Shown piece by piece: positions 9,514 to 18,636 of a DNA stretch of 64,000 nt. Positions within the stretch are counted from its first letter, which is position 1, and each line of letters begins with the position of its first letter. Both the position numbers and the translations under genes were made by a program. Source of the stretch: Alphaproteobacteria bacterium (GTDB lineage: Bacteria > Pseudomonadota > Alphaproteobacteria > UBA11073); assembly GCA_013289145.1 (NCBI GenBank), contig JABDAM010000004.1, forward strand, positions 20,635-84,634, in the 5' to 3' direction. The notes below the pieces were generated by a model. That model worked only from the letters and a program-made list of their open reading frames with translations. It was not told the origin of the DNA and made no database searches.

Positions 9514-10391
9514 TCCGCCGCGCGATTGCTTTATTGACGCTTGCCATTACCCTGTCCGGCTGCACCTATTTCGGCAGTTACTTTGAAGTACAGGAACTCA
9601 ATAAGGCCCAGCCGAAGGGCTCGCCTTTCGCCCAAGCGCTGACCCAGCAATACAAAGACCGCGCGAATTACAGCCAGAATATCGTTTATAATTACGACCA
9701 GGCTTACGATAACGCCGAACGCGGCCTGACAGCAGCGGATGGCGCGCCGCCTGCGCCCTATGTGCTGCAAAACTTTAACATCCCAGTCGAACAACAACAA
9801 GAAATCGCCAAGGCGCGCGCGGATTTAATGAATGCATTAAATGCCGGCACGCGCGACCGTGCGCCCAAGGAAGCCGCGGAAGCGCAAGCCAAATTGGACT
9901 GCTGGATTGAGGATGCGGAAAAAACCTGGCTGCCGGAATTATACAAAGTTTGCCGCCAGGATTTTTATAATGCCTTCCAGCAAATGATCGCGATGCAAGG
10001 CGAACCGGTGGATCTGTCCGGCACGGATTTGAATGCGCAGACGACCCCGCCGGCGCCGGATGCTAACCGCTTTATGATTTTCTTTGGCTCATCGGGCGCG
10101 AAGTTGTCGCCAAGCGTTGCGCCAACGCTGGATCAAATCGCGAAAATCATTCTACAGCGCCAGCCGAAAAGCGTGCGCGTGAATGGTTATTCCGACGCGA
10201 CGGGCAGTAAAAAATCGCGTCACCGCATTTCACAGCGGCGCGCGATTGTCGTGGCAGAGGCTTTGATCGCGCGCGGCGTGCCGCAAAAGATTATTCAAAC
10301 ACGCGGCCTGGGCAGCGCCGATCCATTGGTGAAAGCGAAAAGCAAAAACGTGCCCGCCAACCGCCGCGCGGAAATCTGGCTGGATCAGTAA
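9510..10391 (+). CDS. OmpA-family lipoprotein
   Basis: Lipobox LTLAITLSGC. C-terminal OmpA-like peptidoglycan-binding domain (VNGYSDATGS...NRRAEIWL). Start overlaps the rnr stop (ATGA). Confidence 0.75.
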   Translation: MIRRAIALLTLAITLSGCTYFGSYFEVQELNKAQPKGSPFAQALTQQYKDRANYSQNIVYNYDQAYDNAERGLTAADGAPPAPYVLQNFNIPVEQQQEIAKARADLMNALNAGTRDRAPKEAAEAQAKLDCWIEDAEKTWLPELYKVCRQDFYNAFQQMIAMQGEPVDLSGTDLNAQTTPPAPDANRFMIFFGSSGAKLSPSVAPTLDQIAKIILQRQPKSVRVNGYSDATGSKKSRHRISQRRAIVVAEALIARGVPQKIIQTRGLGSADPLVKAKSKNVPANRRAEIWLDQ

Positions 10392-10409
10392 CCTGGATTA
10401 ATAGCGCGG

Positions 10410-10805
10410 ATGATTTATCACGCTTCCACCAATGGCCTGATCGTGAAAGTGCGGCCGGAATTCATGGAAGCGCAAAGCGATCCGGATGAAAATTTATATA
10501 TCTGGTCCTATCACGTGCGGATTGAGAACGAAGGGGAAATCACCGTGCAACTGCGCGAACGTCATTGGGAAATCACGGATTCTTACGGCCAAACGCGCCG
10601 CGTGGACGGCGAAGGCGTCGTTGGCATGCAACCCATTATCACGCCGGGAGATTTCTTTGAATATAACAGCGCGGCGTCGTTGAAAACGCCTTCGGGTTTT
10701 ATGAACGGCCATTATGATTTCGAAGATGAGGATGGCAACGAATTAAAAATTAAAATCCCCGGCTTTTCGCTGGATAGTCATTATCAAACGGTGGTGCTAC
10801 AATGA
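10410..10805 (+). CDS. apaG: ApaG (DUF525) protein
   Basis: 131 aa. RHWEITDSYGQ..V.GEGVVG.QP...PG..FEY.S is the typical ApaG signature. Confidence 0.85.
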   Translation: MIYHASTNGLIVKVRPEFMEAQSDPDENLYIWSYHVRIENEGEITVQLRERHWEITDSYGQTRRVDGEGVVGMQPIITPGDFFEYNSAASLKTPSGFMNGHYDFEDEDGNELKIKIPGFSLDSHYQTVVLQ

Positions 10806-11287
10806 AAAAGCGAGAGGCAAGAAGCGAGAAGCGAGATTTTTTGGGAATTCCCGCGACGGCTGAATCTTTAAAATTATTATCGGAATCCTACTCACATTTT
10901 TGCCGCGGGTATCAAATGGATGCGGCGCGGATCATCCGGGATGGCCGCATGGCGGCCGGCAAGGCGAGCGGGCAAACCATCACCATCGCGCCGATTAATT
11001 TCTACAGCTTGTGCGAACATCACCTGCTGCCCTTTTTCGGCACGGCGGAAATCACCTATACCGCCGGGAAATATATTTTGGGTTTGGGCAAATTCCCGCG
11101 TGTGGTTGAGGCGCTGTCTGCACGCCTGTGGATGCAAGAAAACCTGACAGCGGCCATTGCGGATGTACTAATGACGGAATTAAAACCGAAAAACCTTACC
11201 GTCACGCTGTCCGCGCGGCATTTGTGCCTTGAAATGCGCGGCGCACAGGCAACCGGCACATATATGAATACACGCATAAACCGATAA
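10802..11287 (+). CDS. folE: GTP cyclohydrolase I (divergent, short N-terminus)
   Basis: FYSLCEHHLLPFFG and ARHLCLEMRG match the Zn-binding Cys/His core of FolE. Other conserved blocks are diverged. Translationally coupled to apaG (ATGA). Confidence 0.65.
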   Translation: MKKREARSEKRDFLGIPATAESLKLLSESYSHFCRGYQMDAARIIRDGRMAAGKASGQTITIAPINFYSLCEHHLLPFFGTAEITYTAGKYILGLGKFPRVVEALSARLWMQENLTAAIADVLMTELKPKNLTVTLSARHLCLEMRGAQATGTYMNTRINR

Positions 11288-11388
11288 GATTTTTACTGGC
11301 GCTTTATGATTTTACCCTTGAAGGTATCTTTGTTTTTATGGCAAAGAAGATAACTTCTTATACGAATTAACTTTTGGGAAGCAGTGAA

Positions 11389-12231
11389 ATGACAAAAGCC
11401 GCGCCGATCCGTCCACAACGGGAACATTGGCACTATGAGCGAGACATCCCCTGGCAGCTGCTAGAACCGGCCAAAGCGGACCCGGATGTGCTGAAAGTCG
11501 CCAAGGCCGCGTCGATGGTCGAATATAACGCGCGCGATTACGGCGCTTATTTGCATAGTGTTTTTCATGATGATCCAGAGTTTCAGACCGCCGTGGAAAA
11601 CTGGGTGAATGAGGAAGTTCAGCACGGCAAGGTTTTGGGCCTGTGGTGCGAGCGCGTGGACCCGACGTTTAACCATGAAAAAGCCTTTAAAATGTACCGC
11701 GAAAAGATCGTGATTAACGTTGAAGCACCGAAATCCATCCGCGGTTCCCGCGCGGCGGAAATGGTGGCGCGCTGCATGGTGGAGACAGGCACAAGCTCTT
11801 ATTATTCCGCGCTCGCCGAAGCGACGGATGAACCCGTATTAAAAATCATCTGCGAAAAAATCGCGGCGGATGAGTTCCGCCATTACAAAACCTTTTACGA
11901 CAATCTGAAACGCTACCTCGATAAAGACAAGCTCAATAAATGGCAGCGTTTGCGTGTTGCGCTTTCCCGTATCGCGGAAACTGAAGATGATGAACTGGCG
12001 TTTGCCTATTACGCGGCGAATGACGGCGTAGGTGAATACGACCGCAAAACCTATAACCGCGAATACGTGAAACGTGCCTATAGTTATTACCAGCCCAAAC
12101 ACATCGAACGCGGCATCGCGATGGTGTTTAAGGCCAGCGGTTTAAAACCGCATACGCGTGTTTTCAAAATGGCGACGAAGACGGCGGTGTGGTTTATGGG
12201 CAACCGCGCGAAACGGCTGCGCGCAGCATAA
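11389..12231 (+). CDS. ferritin-like di-iron carboxylate protein
   Basis: Two ExxH motifs (NEEVQHG, ADEFRHY) plus an additional Glu-containing helix (CMVETGTSSYY). ATG at 11389 lies inside the ORF 11374-12231. Confidence 0.55.
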   Translation: MTKAAPIRPQREHWHYERDIPWQLLEPAKADPDVLKVAKAASMVEYNARDYGAYLHSVFHDDPEFQTAVENWVNEEVQHGKVLGLWCERVDPTFNHEKAFKMYREKIVINVEAPKSIRGSRAAEMVARCMVETGTSSYYSALAEATDEPVLKIICEKIAADEFRHYKTFYDNLKRYLDKDKLNKWQRLRVALSRIAETEDDELAFAYYAANDGVGEYDRKTYNREYVKRAYSYYQPKHIERGIAMVFKASGLKPHTRVFKMATKTAVWFMGNRAKRLRAA

Positions 12232-12254
12232 CCAATCAACAGCAGAAAAACTCC

Positions 12255-12719
12255 ATGACCCACAAAATCCCACCCGACGCAAACCAAATTATTCCAAGCT
12301 TGTCCGTAATGGGCGCCGCCGAAGCGATTGCGCTTTACACCCGTGCTTTCGGTGCCCAGGAAATGTACCGCATGGAATATCCCGGCGGCGATAAAATCAT
12401 GCATGCGTGTCTGATAATTGGGAATACGAAATTCTTTTTGTCCGATGCGAATCCGGAAATGGGTTGCGCGCCATCCGCATCCAGTTTTTATGCCTATTTC
12501 GAAGATGTCGACGCGATGTTCCAACAGGCACGCGCCGCCGGCCTGGATGAATTCTGGCCTCTGACGGACATGTTCTGGGGCGACCGCATGGGTACGGTGA
12601 AGGACAAGTTCGGAATTTACTGGACACTCGCCACACATATGCGCGACGTTGCGCCGGAAGACATGACACAAGGCCGCGACGCTTGGGCTGCCCAGATGAA
12701 AGCGAAAGTGGCTTGCTAA
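12255..12719 (+). CDS. VOC/glyoxalase-fold protein (PhnB-like)
   Basis: MTHKIPPDANQIIPSLSV...AIALYTRAFGA...IMHACLIIGNTKFFLSD...DKFGIYWTL is the typical PhnB/VOC pattern. Internal ATG of ORF 12189-12719. Confidence 0.7.
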   Translation: MTHKIPPDANQIIPSLSVMGAAEAIALYTRAFGAQEMYRMEYPGGDKIMHACLIIGNTKFFLSDANPEMGCAPSASSFYAYFEDVDAMFQQARAAGLDEFWPLTDMFWGDRMGTVKDKFGIYWTLATHMRDVAPEDMTQGRDAWAAQMKAKVAC

Positions 12720-12843
12720 CCCCCATTTTTTCACAAAAATATGCGAAAAAATAATCAATAGAATCAACGACTTAAAAGCAAGAAATCGGCGTACATGGGG
12801 TTGTTCGTCACTTTTTTGATGCGGCTTTCCGCTGCTGATAGGC

Positions 12844-13584
12844 CTAAACCATCACCATCCCGCCATTGACATGAATGGTTTGCCCCGTCACATAGGCCGC
12901 TTCACCGGACGCCAAATATAGCGCCGCCGCCGCAATGTCTTCCGGCGCACCCATGCGGCCCGCGGGGATTTTAGCGTTAATGGTGTTTTTCTGATCGTCG
13001 TTTAAAACGTCGGTCATGTTTGTTGCGATAAATCCAGGCGCGATACAGTTCATAGTAACATTACGCGTCGCAACCTCAGCCGCCATGGCTTTGGTCATGC
13101 CCTCAAGACCCGCTTTAGACGCGGCGTAATTCGCCTGCCCCGGATTGCCGGTCGTGCCGACGATCGACGAAATAGAAATAATCCGGCCGTTGCGGCGTTT
13201 CATCATGCCTTTCAGCGCGGCACGCGACAGAATAAACGCAGCCTTTAAATTTACATCTAATACCGCGTCCCAATCTTCATCCTTCATGCGGATGGCAAGT
13301 GTATCGCGCGTTAGGCCCGCATTATTCACAAGGATGTCCAGCTGGCCGAGTTCTTTTTCCGCGTTCTCAACCAACGTTGCGACAGCTTCAGCATTCGATA
13401 AATCCGCCGCAACGATTACCGTTTGATCGCCCAATTCGGATTTCAGCTTATTAAGCTTTTCCATGTTTGTGCCGGAAATCGCCACGCGCGCGCCGGCGGC
13501 AGCCAGGCTTTTCGCAATCGCCGCGCCGATGCCGCCCGATGCGCCTGTGACCAATGCGGTTTTGCCGGTTAATGAAAACATCAC
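12844..13584 (-). CDS. fabG: 3-oxoacyl-ACP reductase
   Basis: TGASGGIGAAIA cofactor motif and YAASKAG catalytic motif. 246 aa. Overlaps the fabD stop by 4 nt. Confidence 0.9.
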   Translation of the reverse strand: MMFSLTGKTALVTGASGGIGAAIAKSLAAAGARVAISGTNMEKLNKLKSELGDQTVIVAADLSNAEAVATLVENAEKELGQLDILVNNAGLTRDTLAIRMKDEDWDAVLDVNLKAAFILSRAALKGMMKRRNGRIISISSIVGTTGNPGQANYAASKAGLEGMTKAMAAEVATRNVTMNCIAPGFIATNMTDVLNDDQKNTINAKIPAGRMGAPEDIAAAALYLASGEAAYVTGQTIHVNGGMVMV

Positions 13585-14534
13585 GAAGCCTTTCGTTGCT
13601 GAGAACTTAAATAATTATCAATATCATGCGGCGTTGACAAACTATGCACGACCACCTCCGGCGCGATGCGTTTCGCCAAGCCCGCCAGGGTTTTGCCGGG
13701 TCCGAGTTCGAGCATTTCCGTCACGCCCTTGGCCGCCAGGCGTTCAACAGTGGGACGCCAGCGCACCATGCCGGTGACTTGCTCCACCAATAAGCTGCGG
13801 ATTTTTTGCGGATCCGCGACGACATCCGACGTGACGTTGGCGATAATCGGCACTTGCGGCACGCGCATTTCAACCTTGGCCAGGGCTTCCGCCATGACTT
13901 CCGCCGCGGGAGCCATTAAGGGGCAATGGAACGGCGCGGAAACCGGCAGCATGATCGCCTTTTTAATCCCGCGCTCCGCCGCAATGGCGATAGCGCGGTC
14001 GACAGCTTCGCGGTGGCCGGAAATCACAATCTGACCGACGGAATTATCATTGGCGACGGTCACGACCTGGTCCTGCTGTGCTTCCAAACAGATATCCAAA
14101 ACAGGTTCCAGATCCGCGCCCAGCAAAGCCGCCATCGCGCCCATGCCGACGGGCACGGCCTTTTGCATCGCATCGCCGCGCGTGCGCAGCAGCCGCGCAG
14201 TATCCGCGAGCGCGAAAGTTTCCACGACCGCCAGCGCGGAATATTCACCCAAGGAATGTCCCGCCGCGAAAGAAAAGTTAGAAAAATTCAAACTGCCCTG
14301 TTTGCGCAGCACCGCCCAGGCAGCCAATGATGTCGCCATAATCGCGGGTTGCGTATTTGCGGTCAGATCCAATTCAGACTGCTCGCCGGAAAAAATCAGG
14401 CGGGATAGATTTTGCGATAACGCATCGTCAACGGTTTGGAAAACTTCGCGGGCTTCGGCAAAGGCATCGTGCAATTCGCGTCCCATGCCGATTTTTTGCG
14501 CCCCCTGTCCGGGGAAAATTAATGCGATTGTCAT
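13581..14534 (-). CDS. fabD: malonyl-CoA:ACP transacylase
   Basis: FPGQGAQ and GHSLGEYSAL active-site motifs. 317 aa. Confidence 0.9.
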   Translation of the reverse strand: MTIALIFPGQGAQKIGMGRELHDAFAEAREVFQTVDDALSQNLSRLIFSGEQSELDLTANTQPAIMATSLAAWAVLRKQGSLNFSNFSFAAGHSLGEYSALAVVETFALADTARLLRTRGDAMQKAVPVGMGAMAALLGADLEPVLDICLEAQQDQVVTVANDNSVGQIVISGHREAVDRAIAIAAERGIKKAIMLPVSAPFHCPLMAPAAEVMAEALAKVEMRVPQVPIIANVTSDVVADPQKIRSLLVEQVTGMVRWRPTVERLAAKGVTEMLELGPGKTLAGLAKRIAPEVVVHSLSTPHDIDNYLSSQQRKAS

Positions 14535-14581
14535 GCAGGTTTTTTGGCCCCTGCCCAGCCCAGTGTCAAGTTAAAAGGCGC

Positions 14582-15064
14582 CTACGCCGTACGCATCAAC
14601 CGATTGCCTTCAGCCCCCTCCTCTAAATGTAATTTGGGGATGCGATGCAATAGCATTTTTAATTTATCAAATGACAGAGGCTTAACCAAATAGCCGACGG
14701 AACCCAACGCCGCCGCCCGCTCCTCGTCCTTTTGATAAGCAGATCCCGTGCACATGACAACCGCGGTATTTTGCCCGGCCTCAGATTGACGCAATGTTTC
14801 CATCAATTCAAATCCATCCATGCCAGGCATGTTGATATCGAGCAACATCAAGTCAATTTGCATGCCGTCATTCGAGCCGCCTTCCAGCATGCGCAAAGCC
14901 TGATCGGCGCTTTGCGCGACCAGCAAATTGCATTGCAACTTACCGCGGCGCACAAGCAAAATGCGCGTCAATTCAATGTCCGCCTCCAAATCATCCACCA
15001 CCAAAATGTTGGCGAGATCCGGCTGATCTTCAGTAAACGAAAGTGTGGCGTTATTCGTTATCAT
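14582..15064 (-). CDS. single-domain response regulator (CheY-like receiver)
   Basis: ILVVDD...MLLDINMPGMDGFEL...GYLVKP receiver motifs. Overlaps the upstream kinase stop by 4 nt. Confidence 0.85.
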   Translation of the reverse strand: MITNNATLSFTEDQPDLANILVVDDLEADIELTRILLVRRGKLQCNLLVAQSADQALRMLEGGSNDGMQIDLMLLDINMPGMDGFELMETLRQSEAGQNTAVVMCTGSAYQKDEERAAALGSVGYLVKPLSFDKLKMLLHRIPKLHLEEGAEGNRLMRTA

Positions 15065-16383
15065 GGCTTATTCTCCACTTTGCTGGATTTCGGTAAGGTG
15101 AAATAAAAAGTTGAACCTTGGCCCAAAACGGACTCGCACCAAATGCCCCCGCCGTGCAGCTCAATCACTTTTCTGCACGTGGCAAGGCCCAGGCCCATAT
15201 TCGATTGCGTTTTTACCAGCCGTTTAAACGGCAAAAACATTTTTTCCAGATATTCCGGCGGGATACCGGGGCCGTTATCATGCACGGAAAATAACCAGTG
15301 ATCCGGTTTTTCCTCCGCGCGAATATGAATAGCAGTATTCAAGTCGCCGTATTGGATGGCATTGGCAATCAGATTTTGAAAAACCTGAATCAGTTGCGGC
15401 GCTGATACGGTCAGGCTCGGCAGGTGGTCTTCGGTAATCGCCGCGCCCGATCCTTTGATCAGTTGCGTTAAATTTTCACGCGCTGCGGCGGTCAGATTTT
15501 TTAAATCCTGTTCTTGGCGTTGCGGCAGGGTGGGATCATCCAATTGCGCATACATGAAAACAGACTGAACCAAATCATCCATCCGGTTCGCGGCGTTTTG
15601 GATGAAATTAAAATATTCCTCGTATTTTTCCGGTGACAATTCCTCTTCGCGCAGAATTTCCGTAAAGGATTTTATGGCCCGCACGGGTTCCTTTAAATCA
15701 TGCGCCAGCGCGCGGGTGAAAATGTCCAAGGCTTCGCGCTGTTCGTTGATGCGCAATTGCTGCTTTTGCAGGACATCAATTTTATGCTGCAAATCGTTAT
15801 AAAGCTCGACGTTTTCCAACGCGACAGACGTCGTGTCCGCCAGCGCCTGGAGCACCGCAAGCTCTTCTTGCGTCGGACGGCGTTGAACGGCCCAATAATT
15901 TCCGATCGCACCGATGGGTGATTGACGCCGGATCGGCACCATCGCCATACTTTTGACAAAGGTAGGACGGTAAGCGTCCTGCGGCACGCGGCTGTCTTTA
16001 TAAATATCCTCAATCACCACGGGTTCGGCGTGGTTCATGGCCCAACCGCTGACGCAAGCGTTTAAGGGAAAACGCTGCCCTTTCCACAAAGGCGCAATGG
16101 CGTTCTCATCCACATAATAACATTGATTGCCGTCGCGCAGCACAAAGCTCGCACCGTCCGCGCCGGTCAGATTCCGCGCCGCATCACGGACAATCGCGGC
16201 GACCGCGTCCAACGTGCGCGCTTGCGATAGGTCTTGCACCACACTGACCAAACGTTCAATTGCGTCCATATACCAACCGGCACCCATAAACCATCCATTT
16301 GATGAGGGGGGAACGATCGCAGCGTCACCTTTGCGCCCGGAGGCGACAGCATTCGCCACAAAAGCCTGGCTTCCAAGAGACAT
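15061..16383 (-). CDS. GAF-domain sensor histidine kinase
   Basis: N-terminal GAF-like region, H-box ALAHDLKEPVRAI, and HATPase N/G boxes (QNLIANAIQY, DNGPGI, GLGLATC). Confidence 0.85.
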   Translation of the reverse strand: MSLGSQAFVANAVASGRKGDAAIVPPSSNGWFMGAGWYMDAIERLVSVVQDLSQARTLDAVAAIVRDAARNLTGADGASFVLRDGNQCYYVDENAIAPLWKGQRFPLNACVSGWAMNHAEPVVIEDIYKDSRVPQDAYRPTFVKSMAMVPIRRQSPIGAIGNYWAVQRRPTQEELAVLQALADTTSVALENVELYNDLQHKIDVLQKQQLRINEQREALDIFTRALAHDLKEPVRAIKSFTEILREEELSPEKYEEYFNFIQNAANRMDDLVQSVFMYAQLDDPTLPQRQEQDLKNLTAAARENLTQLIKGSGAAITEDHLPSLTVSAPQLIQVFQNLIANAIQYGDLNTAIHIRAEEKPDHWLFSVHDNGPGIPPEYLEKMFLPFKRLVKTQSNMGLGLATCRKVIELHGGGIWCESVLGQGSTFYFTLPKSSKVENKP

Positions 16384-16551
16384 GGGAGAGCACCCTTTGC
16401 TGCGTATTAAGACCTAATATAATTTTAAATGAATTTTAACAAAAATACAATAAACGGTTGTATTAAATTTTCAACTTTCCCGCGTATTTTCACACGCATG
16501 CATGACTATATTATAATAGACAATTGTTTCCATCCGATTAAATTATTTGAT

Positions 16552-17382
16552 ATGAAAAAATATTTTTTCTTCTTAGCGCTTCTGCCGTGCCTGTCGGCAT
16601 GCATGGATATGAAATTGGCGGCGGTGAACCTGCCGTCGCGCTTTAATGATAACGCGATTCAAACCATGCAGTACGATAGTAAGAATGCATTAAATTTAGA
16701 CATTTATACGCCGACCCAGGTGACCGCGAATACAAATGTCGTCATTTTCTTTTACGGGGGCCGCTGGGAAACGGGTGAAAAATCCGACTACCGTTTTATG
16801 GGCGCGCTGCTGGCTGATCATGGCTATATCGCCGTCCTCCCCGATTACCGCAAATATCCACGGGTGCATTTTCCGGCTTTTGTGCAAGACGGCGCGGCAG
16901 CGGTGGCATGGGTGGCCGCGCATTATCCGGGCCGCCGGATTCATATCGCCGGACATTCCGCGGGCGCGCACATCGGCGCGCTGATTGCCGCCGATCATTC
17001 TTATTTGAAAAAGTATAACTTGGATCCGGATTTGACGATTACGGATTTTATCGGCTTGGCCGGGCCTTATGATTTCACGCCGGCGGGCGACGATCTCGAA
17101 AAAATCTTCGGCCCGCCCGCCAATTATCCACGCATGCAAGTGCCGACCTTTATCACCGGCCACGAACCGCCGATGCTGCTGATGTGGGGCGAGGATGATA
17201 AAGACGTTGCCGCCTACAACCTCGGCCGCCTGGCCGGCAAAATCCATGCGGCTGGAGGCGATATGGCTGTCAAAATTTACCCCGGCGTTGATCATGCGGG
17301 CATGATGAAGGCCTTTACCTGGGTGGAACCGGATTCACCAGTCCGCAGAGACTTTTTTGATTATTTGGAAGCGCATCAATGA
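16552..17382 (+). CDS. alpha/beta hydrolase (esterase/lipase-like) lipoprotein
   Basis: Signal/lipobox MKKYFFFLALLPCLSAC. FFYGGRW oxyanion region and nucleophile elbow GHSAGAH. Internal start of ORF 16429-17382. Confidence 0.75.
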   Translation: MKKYFFFLALLPCLSACMDMKLAAVNLPSRFNDNAIQTMQYDSKNALNLDIYTPTQVTANTNVVIFFYGGRWETGEKSDYRFMGALLADHGYIAVLPDYRKYPRVHFPAFVQDGAAAVAWVAAHYPGRRIHIAGHSAGAHIGALIAADHSYLKKYNLDPDLTITDFIGLAGPYDFTPAGDDLEKIFGPPANYPRMQVPTFITGHEPPMLLMWGEDDKDVAAYNLGRLAGKIHAAGGDMAVKIYPGVDHAGMMKAFTWVEPDSPVRRDFFDYLEAHQ

Positions 17383-17408
17383 ATTAATAATCATGAGAGC
17401 AGCCTGAT

Positions 17409-18200
17409 TTAAGGCTCATGCTTCCCCCCTGGCGGCGCCATCAATTTTTTCAAACGATCTAACAAATAATCATCGCACAGAATAACCTGGCAATTTACAG
17501 GCATATTTAATGACTTTCTCACCGCCTTCATCGCGGAAAACGGTATGCGGTAATGCCCAGTCATATGATTTATAAATAACAAAATCTCATCGCCGTCTTG
17601 AGCAGCAGAAATTTCCCCCGCAGCCGGAAGCGCCTTCCCATCGGCTAAAGCGCTATGATGACGCTCCTTGCTGCCAATTCTGAATTCATATTTGGATGGA
17701 TCATCGTCATTGGCAACGAGCACATAATTGTAGATCATTCGTTTCTTAAAATCGTCTTCGATCAATTCCGTTAATCCAAAATACTCCTCTTTCTGTTGCG
17801 GAGCGCATAAATAACCCAACTCCGATTTGCCATTTTCATCTAACGTTTTGCAGTGCAAAAGGCAGTCATATAGAAAATATAAATATAATTGCGGATGCCG
17901 ATCCGGCGGCAAGTTTTGCTGACTGCAAAACTCATCTTTTCTGTCGAGAAAAATATCAATCGCACGCTGCACATTTTCAATATCCTGTGAAAACTTATCC
18001 GCAAGAGCTGGAAAACCTCTATCCTTATTGCTGATCGCCCAATCCCTGATCTGATATATCAGGTATTCTTCCTCTCCCTGTTTCGCGTCTCTTAACAGAA
18101 TCTCGATCAGCCCTTCTGTTCCGGGCAATGAATTCTCTAAAAGGCCTGGTTCTACAGCCGATAAATAATGCGGTTCTTCTACTATCATTTTATATCTCAA
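17409..18200 (-). CDS. hypothetical protein (AT-rich orphan)
   Basis: 263-aa ORF with no recognisable motif. Lies next to the ankyrin-like repeat gene. Confidence 0.5.
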   Translation of the reverse strand: MRYKMIVEEPHYLSAVEPGLLENSLPGTEGLIEILLRDAKQGEEEYLIYQIRDWAISNKDRGFPALADKFSQDIENVQRAIDIFLDRKDEFCSQQNLPPDRHPQLYLYFLYDCLLHCKTLDENGKSELGYLCAPQQKEEYFGLTELIEDDFKKRMIYNYVLVANDDDPSKYEFRIGSKERHHSALADGKALPAAGEISAAQDGDEILLFINHMTGHYRIPFSAMKAVRKSLNMPVNCQVILCDDYLLDRLKKLMAPPGGKHEP

Positions 18201-18257
18201 AAAAATATTTCTTATCTTGGACAGCGGAGGGAGGCATCCTCCCTCCGAATGCGTGAA

Positions 18258-18473
18258 TCAATATCCGTAATCTCTTCTATAACGTTCACGGTCTCTTGCT
18301 CTTGCATTAAACGAATCCGCTCTGTCTTGCGCATCCGCCATTTGCTCCGGCGTTCTTTGGACAACACGTTTAAAATATATTCCCACCTCTTCGGTCCGAG
18401 ACGCGACGTATCGGCGAACCGGATTTCCATAAGGTGTGTATTGTTTATCTTCCCACGGCATTGCAACCTCCAT
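18258..18473 (-). CDS. small hypothetical protein
   Basis: 71-aa ORF rich in Arg/Asp/Glu. It competes with the overlapping ORF 18212-18466, and coding status is uncertain. Confidence 0.25.
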   Translation of the reverse strand: MEVAMPWEDKQYTPYGNPVRRYVASRTEEVGIYFKRVVQRTPEQMADAQDRADSFNARARDRERYRRDYGY

Positions 18474-18636
18474 TATGTGTAAGTGAATGTGCCTTGATTA
18501 TCAAAGCACCTGTTCTATCAGGCTAGTCCCATTAGTTTTGAAACGTCAACCAAACAATCAAGTTGCACATTGCAGCAAAGCGCGCTATAATTCCCACATT
18601 CTTGAAAGAAAATAACTCTTGTATAAAACTTTCGCA

